NCBI GenBank assembly: GCA_013374855.1
Contig: CP055308.1
Location: forward strand, 465,833 to 529,832
DNA from: Candidatus Woesebacteria bacterium
GTDB lineage: Bacteria; Patescibacteriota; Microgenomatia; UBA8517
DNA: 64,000 bases
Reading direction: 5' to 3'
In this document: positions 59,031 through 64,000 of the stretch, piece by piece
Numbering within the stretch: the first letter of the stretch is position 1
Layout of the letters: each line of letters begins with the position of its first letter
Translations under genes and position numbers: made by a program
Notes under the pieces: model-generated
Database searches by the model: none
Seen by the model: only the letters and a program-made list of their open reading frames with translations
Told to the model about the DNA's origin: nothing

Positions 59031-59052
59031 ATAATATCGTATGATTACTTTT

Positions 59053-59080
59053 TGTTTCGATGTATTAATACATCGAAACA
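59053..59080. repeat. 28-bp perfect palindrome, variant A, copy 5 (extends to 30 bp)
   Basis: TGTTTCGATGTATTAATACATCGAAACA, 22 bp after the last gene of the module. Confidence 0.97.
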
Positions 59081-59492
59081 ATGGCAAGGTTTATAATGTT
59101 TGTAATTGGGTTTGATGATAATTTAGAAAAAGGATTGAAGAGTTCTAAGACTTCTTTTTTGAAGAAAATGACTTCGGAGAAGGCAATTGAAATGGGTGAG
59201 TAGAGCTGTCTTATCCTTCGACTTTTCCCAGGTGGCATTGGTTGACGAAATGTTTTCAATTTCAATATATAATAAGGGGTATTAAAAACAAGCTTGGTTG
59301 TCTGAGAATTCAGTTGGACAGAGATTAATAATGTTTTGAATTTTAGTTCGAAGACCCATCTTACAGAAGCACTAAGAAATATTTGGATTTAGCTTAAAAG
59401 ATTTGATGAAGATGAACAATGACTTTATTTGGATTATGTTGAATGATGATCTCTTGTTTACTTTAACCATTCTCTTGTTATAACATTAAAGT

Positions 59493-60635
59493 ATGGACAG
59501 AGTGGTAATAGTGATGCCTACTTTTAATGAAGCCGAGAACATTGGCTTTATGATTGAGGAGTTATTGGGTAAGGAGTTTCCGAAGATTAATGCTGATATG
59601 CATCTTCTTGTTGTTGATGCTAACTCTCCAGATGGCACAGCTAAAATAGTTGAAGGAAAGATGAAAAGGTATAAGAATCTTCATCTTTTGAGTAAAAAAA
59701 AGGAAGGCTTGGGAGCTGATTATGTGGCTGGTTTTAAGTATGCAGTTGAAAAGCTGTCAGCGGATGCTGTTGTCGAAATGGATGCTGATGGTCAACATCC
59801 TCCCAGTAATGTTAGTCGGATGGTTGATGCATATTTAGCGGGAGCTGATTATGTAATAGGTAGCCGTTATGTACCGGGTGGTTCTGTCCCTCGTGAATGG
59901 GCTTTTTCAAGGAAAGCAATCAGTTATCTTGGTAACTTATTTATAAGGCTTGTCTGGCTTAAATTTTGGCTACATGATGTAACAACAGGCTTTCGCTTAA
60001 CTCGAGTTAAGGGGGTGCTTGATAAAATTGATCTTGACAATCTAATGGCAAAGGAAAGATTTGCCTATAAGGTTGATTTATTGTACCAGAGCGTAAAAAA
60101 TGCGAAAGTGATTAAAGAAGTACCACTTGAATTTAAACCTCGGCTTAAGGAAAAATCGAAGTTTAATCCCAAAGAGATGGTTGTTACCTTTAAGGTAGCT
60201 ATAATTTTGGGTATAAGGGATAAGCAAAGATTTATTAAATTTGGCACCGTTGGTTTTATGGGTTATTTGGTTAACGCGTTTTCATTAAAGTTGATGACAA
60301 CTTTGGGAGTGCCTGGAATTTTGGCTTGGAGCATACCTGTTGAACTTGCAATAATTAGCAATTTTACGCTTAACAATATCTGGACTTTCAAGAAGGAAAA
60401 AATAATCGGAGCTAGAAGAATTGTTTATAAGTTCTTTCAGTTTAACTTGACAAGTATGGGGGCTTTGGTAATTCAGACTGTTTCAGGTAATATTGCAGAT
60501 GCTGTTTTTGGAGTTGGTGCTCGACAGATTGTTTTGCCGTTTATTATTTTGTTCTTGGTTCTTCCTTACAACTATTTTATGTATAATGCTGTTATTTGGA
60601 AAACTTGGAAGCTGCCTTGGTTTAAAAGCAAATGA
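59493..60635 (+). CDS. Polyprenol-phosphate mannosyltransferase-like GT2 fused to a GtrA-like domain
   Basis: MPTFNEAENI, VDANSPDGT, EMDADGQH, IGSRYVPGG, C-terminal FIKFGTVG...SNFTLNNIWTF. Confidence 0.9.
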   Translation: MDRVVIVMPTFNEAENIGFMIEELLGKEFPKINADMHLLVVDANSPDGTAKIVEGKMKRYKNLHLLSKKKEGLGADYVAGFKYAVEKLSADAVVEMDADGQHPPSNVSRMVDAYLAGADYVIGSRYVPGGSVPREWAFSRKAISYLGNLFIRLVWLKFWLHDVTTGFRLTRVKGVLDKIDLDNLMAKERFAYKVDLLYQSVKNAKVIKEVPLEFKPRLKEKSKFNPKEMVVTFKVAIILGIRDKQRFIKFGTVGFMGYLVNAFSLKLMTTLGVPGILAWSIPVELAIISNFTLNNIWTFKKEKIIGARRIVYKFFQFNLTSMGALVIQTVSGNIADAVFGVGARQIVLPFIILFLVLPYNYFMYNAVIWKTWKLPWFKSK

Positions 60636-61501
60636 TTAGTTTTCCCCGCAAGGAACCTGATTTTAGTCAGTTTTTAGTGCGAGAATACTTCCGTTTGGGT
60701 TCAGTTGATGAGGTTTTAAGACATTATAAATTTTCTCTTCCTGTTTCTTACGCTACCTATCAGAGAATACTCGACAAATATGGAGTAATTAAGAAGGCTT
60801 CAGCTTCTGGTAAGTTAAGTGAAGCTATAGATTTTTTTGAACACTTAGTTAAAGATAATATGAAAATAGAAGAACTTTATAAGAAAACACCTCATTCTTT
60901 TAGAACATCAATTAAAACTTTGTATAGGATTTATTCTTATATGAGAGAAGGATTAACAAGAAGAATGGGTGTTGCTTTAGTTATTAGTCCATATAATAAG
61001 CCAAATAAGGTTCTATTAGGAAGGGATATTTCAACTCCGTCTTTAGAACTTGGTAAGAAGTATGGCGCTTGGTCTTTGCCAATGGGTTTTACTCGTAAAA
61101 GAGATTCAAGGAAAACTGGGGTTATAAGAGTACTTCAGAATGAGGTTTTTACTTTGATGGTTTGTAATAGAACTTTTCCCTATTCTGTTATCCCGGATAA
61201 GCTTGAGCCATTTATGTATCTTGATATAGCTGATGTTAGGGTTGTAGTTTATAATTTGATTTTACCTCAAGATTTATCTGAATTAAGTCAATTTTCAAGC
61301 TATAAGCTTAGATCTTACAGATTTTTTAGCCTCGAGGAAGCTTCTAGCCTTAAAAATACTAGAGTGGGTGTTGCCGATATTATTTCTGGCTACAGGAAGC
61401 ATCTTAAATATTTAAGTAAAAAACTAACGGTGAATCCCTTTCAGTCTGTTTCAATTCTAAACAAAGAAATTATCGAGCTTGCTTTTGAGATTGATAAATA
61501 G
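60632..61501 (+). CDS. Hypothetical protein with degenerate Nudix-like C-terminal domain
   Basis: KVLLGR...GAWSLPMGF....S....V.RVLQNEV; helical N-terminus. Confidence 0.6.
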   Translation: MISFPRKEPDFSQFLVREYFRLGSVDEVLRHYKFSLPVSYATYQRILDKYGVIKKASASGKLSEAIDFFEHLVKDNMKIEELYKKTPHSFRTSIKTLYRIYSYMREGLTRRMGVALVISPYNKPNKVLLGRDISTPSLELGKKYGAWSLPMGFTRKRDSRKTGVIRVLQNEVFTLMVCNRTFPYSVIPDKLEPFMYLDIADVRVVVYNLILPQDLSELSQFSSYKLRSYRFFSLEEASSLKNTRVGVADIISGYRKHLKYLSKKLTVNPFQSVSILNKEIIELAFEIDK

Positions 61502-61661
61502 TCTTTGCTTCTACCTGTTTTCCTTGAGAGCTTTGACTATCGTATTCACAATCGGGGCAAATTCTTCTTGGGGGGAAGTGAGGCGTTTTACAACCTGGGC
61601 AGTTTGATCCCTCAAGTCTTAGTAACTGCCCTCTTAATCTCCAGAATCTTGGAACTTCCAT
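61470..61661 (-). CDS. DUF35/ChsH2-type rubredoxin-like zinc ribbon protein (no OB fold)
   Basis: VPRFWR....LRLEGSNCPGC...HFPPRRICPDC. Confidence 0.75.
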   Translation of the reverse strand: MEVPRFWRLRGQLLRLEGSNCPGCKTPHFPPRRICPDCEYDSQSSQGKQVEAKTIYQSQKQAR

Positions 61662-61714
61662 GGTTTTTTGATTTTAATGTTTGTTTTTTCTCAAAAACTC
61701 TCAACTTTGGTTTT

Positions 61715-62872
61715 CTAAAGAAGTGGCCCCCAATCGGCTATGGGCATTTTGTTTTGGGAGATAAAAGCAAGTGTAAAAAGATAAATTGGGATAGCAATTA
61801 GGGCAAGTATGATTTTAAATTCCTTTTTGGTTATGGTTTTCTCGTAGGCTATCAAAAGAAAAGGTACAGCAGGCAGAAAGTATCTTCCAATATCGCGATG
61901 AGAAACAAAAAGTATTGAGATAAAGAAAAAGCCACTGACTAAAGCCATTGTTATTCTCTTTTGTTTGAATAAGTTTATTATTCCCCAACCGCCAAAGATA
62001 TATATTAAGATAATTTCCTCAAGCCAAAATGTTCCTACCCAAGTAGCTGAATAATTAAAAACTTGAAATGGAGGGAAAAATAGGTGAATATTGTCTCCAG
62101 AATTGAAATATGCCATATAGTCATTGAATCTTAGTCCGTAAAAGAAAAATAGACAAATTAGAGAAATTGGGATTAATAAAATCCATAAGCTTTTCTGTTC
62201 GATAACTTTTGTGTTTTTTTGAATTTTTATCTTTGAAGTTTTTTTTATTGTTTGGTAGGCTAGTGATCCTGCAAGTGATAGGAACAAGAGTATTCCAGGA
62301 GATTTTGTGAGTTGGGAAAGAACGCCCCAAATTCCTGATTTAAAGTACTCTTTTCTATTGAAGTAATAAACTGAAGCTATAATTGAAGTCATAAATAGAG
62401 GTTCTGGAGAAGCAATTGATCTGGTTATAAGCCAACGGGCAGGAAATATGGAAAAAATTATAAGTAAAATTTTTGCTTTTTTCTCTCCCAGTTCATCTTT
62501 TGTTAACTTAAAGAAGAAGTATAAACACAAGATTGAAGATAATAATGTTACAAGTAAAGAGGCGTAGGGAAATCCAACTAAAAATGAAAAAAATCTTATT
62601 AAGATTGGATATAAGGGAAAGTGCGCAGCATAATATTCTACAGGTAAGGGAAAGGAAACCATTTGTTTAATCAACTCTGTGTTGTACAAGGTTTTTGCTA
62701 CAACTATGTAAAGCGGCCCGTCGTAGTTGGAAATAACTGTTGCCATCCCTTCTTTACCAAGTGGGATAGTCCAAAATTTTTCTATTTTTAAAAAAAAAGG
62801 AAGCCAGACAAAAATTGTTGGCACTATAGCAAGCACGAAAATTAATGCAAAATCCTTAAAAAACTTTCTCAT
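61715..62872 (-). CDS. GT-C mannosyltransferase-like membrane protein (PIG-V/PMT-like)
   Basis: NYDGPLY..VA, AHFPLYP, PEPLF, LTKSPG, RYFLP, multi-TM. Confidence 0.8.
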   Translation of the reverse strand: MRKFFKDFALIFVLAIVPTIFVWLPFFLKIEKFWTIPLGKEGMATVISNYDGPLYIVVAKTLYNTELIKQMVSFPLPVEYYAAHFPLYPILIRFFSFLVGFPYASLLVTLLSSILCLYFFFKLTKDELGEKKAKILLIIFSIFPARWLITRSIASPEPLFMTSIIASVYYFNRKEYFKSGIWGVLSQLTKSPGILLFLSLAGSLAYQTIKKTSKIKIQKNTKVIEQKSLWILLIPISLICLFFFYGLRFNDYMAYFNSGDNIHLFFPPFQVFNYSATWVGTFWLEEIILIYIFGGWGIINLFKQKRITMALVSGFFFISILFVSHRDIGRYFLPAVPFLLIAYEKTITKKEFKIILALIAIPIYLFTLAFISQNKMPIADWGPLL

Positions 62873-62947
62873 TTAACGAAATGATACATTTTTTAGTATT
62901 TTTAGGCAAGATGGATGATAAGTCTTTTATTTTTTGTTAGACTACTA

Positions 62948-63652
62948 ATGATGAAAGAAATTTCTGTATTTTTTCCTGCTTATAATGAGGAGGGCAATAT
63001 AAAGAATGTAATTGAAAAGGCGTGTTCGGTGTTAGAAAAGTTGGGTTTTAAAAATTGGGAGATTATAGTAGTAAATGACGGGTCAGTTGATAAAACATCC
63101 GAAATTGTAAGAAAGATTTCTGATAAAGATTCACGGATTAGGCTTATTAATCACGAAACAAATAGAGGTTATGGGGCGGCTTTGAAAACTGGGTTTTATA
63201 ACTCTTCTTATTCCTGGATAGCATTTACCGACTCTGATGGTCAATTTGATTTTTCTGAGATTAATAATTTTATAAGAAAGCAAAAAGAGACAAATGCCGA
63301 TCTTGTTATAGGGTTTTATAAAAAAAGACAGGAATCAAAGTTTAAGATAATTACCAGCAAAATTTGGGAACTTGTTGTTTTTGTCTTATTTGGACTTAAG
63401 GTAAAAGATATTGATTGTGGTTTTAAATTAATTTCCAAGAAAGTTATTGATTCAATTCCAAAACTTGAATCAGAAAGAGGCGCTTTTATATCAAGTGAGC
63501 TTCTTATTAAAGCAAAAAAGAAGGGTTTTAAAATAGTGGAGATTCCCGTTTCTCACTTTCCAAGGAGAAAAGGTAAGGCTACAGGTAGAGACATTAGGGT
63601 TATAGTTAGAAGCTTCTATGATCTTTTTAGATTATGGTTTAAGATGTTATGA
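62948..63652 (+). CDS. Glycosyltransferase family 2 (polyprenol-P sugar synthase-like)
   Basis: FFPAYNEEGNI, VNDGSVDKT, NRGYGAAL, FTDSDGQF, DIDCGFKL. Confidence 0.93.
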   Translation: MMKEISVFFPAYNEEGNIKNVIEKACSVLEKLGFKNWEIIVVNDGSVDKTSEIVRKISDKDSRIRLINHETNRGYGAALKTGFYNSSYSWIAFTDSDGQFDFSEINNFIRKQKETNADLVIGFYKKRQESKFKIITSKIWELVVFVLFGLKVKDIDCGFKLISKKVIDSIPKLESERGAFISSELLIKAKKKGFKIVEIPVSHFPRRKGKATGRDIRVIVRSFYDLFRLWFKML

Positions 63653-64000
63653 TTATTTTTTTGAGAAAGATAAGGCTTTGGGTTTCTAATAATAAATTAG
63701 AAACGTTTTTTCTCTCTGCCACCTTGGTATTGGGTGGCTTTTTAAGACTTTATAAAATTTCCCATTATATGACTTTTTTGGGAGATGAGGGTAGAGACGC
63801 CTTGATTGTCAAGCGATTGCTTGAGGGTGATCTTGTTTTTGTGGGTCCTGGGACTTCTGTGGGAAATATGTATCTTGGACCATTTTACTATTATTTTATG
63901 GCTCCTTTTCTTTGGCTTTTTCGCTTTAATCCAACTGGGCCTGCTGTTGGTGTTGCTCTGCTTGGTGTGGCTACTATATTTTTAGTTTGGTTTATGACAC
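63649..64000 (+). CDS. GT-C glycosyltransferase family 39 (partial, runs off the window)
   Basis: Manual translation MIIFLRKIRL...FLRLYKISHYMTFLGDEGRDA...YLGPFYYYFMAP; open to the window end. Confidence 0.85.
   Translation, partial: MIIFLRKIRLWVSNNKLETFFLSATLVLGGFLRLYKISHYMTFLGDEGRDALIVKRLLEGDLVFVGPGTSVGNMYLGPFYYYFMAPFLWLFRFNPTGPAVGVALLGVATIFLVWFMT

Overview
Chromosomal window of a low-GC, small-genome bacterium with G/T-rich + strand. Gene content and style suggest Patescibacteria/CPR, most likely Microgenomates (inference). It carries housekeeping genes (xseAB, rarA, secA, tgt, prfB, ftsEX, trmD, truB, uppP, dgkA, lon, greA, lysS, serS), tRNA-Ala(CGC) and tRNA-Glu(CTC). It also carries many envelope genes: a sortase next to a 2143-aa surface protein, several GT-C/GT2 glycosyltransferases, two MacAB-like ABC systems and a two-component system. 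Two clear pseudogenes are present (a Nudix hydrolase and an RmlA fragment). The most striking unexplained structure is a family of five intergenic perfect 28-bp palindromes, TGT(T/A)TC(G/A)ATGTATTAATACAT(C/T)GA(A/T)ACA, in two variants that differ only by symmetric substitutions. The variant-B pair brackets a lone TrpR-like (YerC/YecD) gene, two variant-A copies bracket a 5.8-kb two-component/ABC module, and a third variant-A copy lies upstream of tgt. Also notable are an apparent sortase-substrate polyprotein, a recurring VLG motif in surface proteins, and widespread leaderless-type promoters. No recombinase, transposase, CRISPR array or rRNA was seen.
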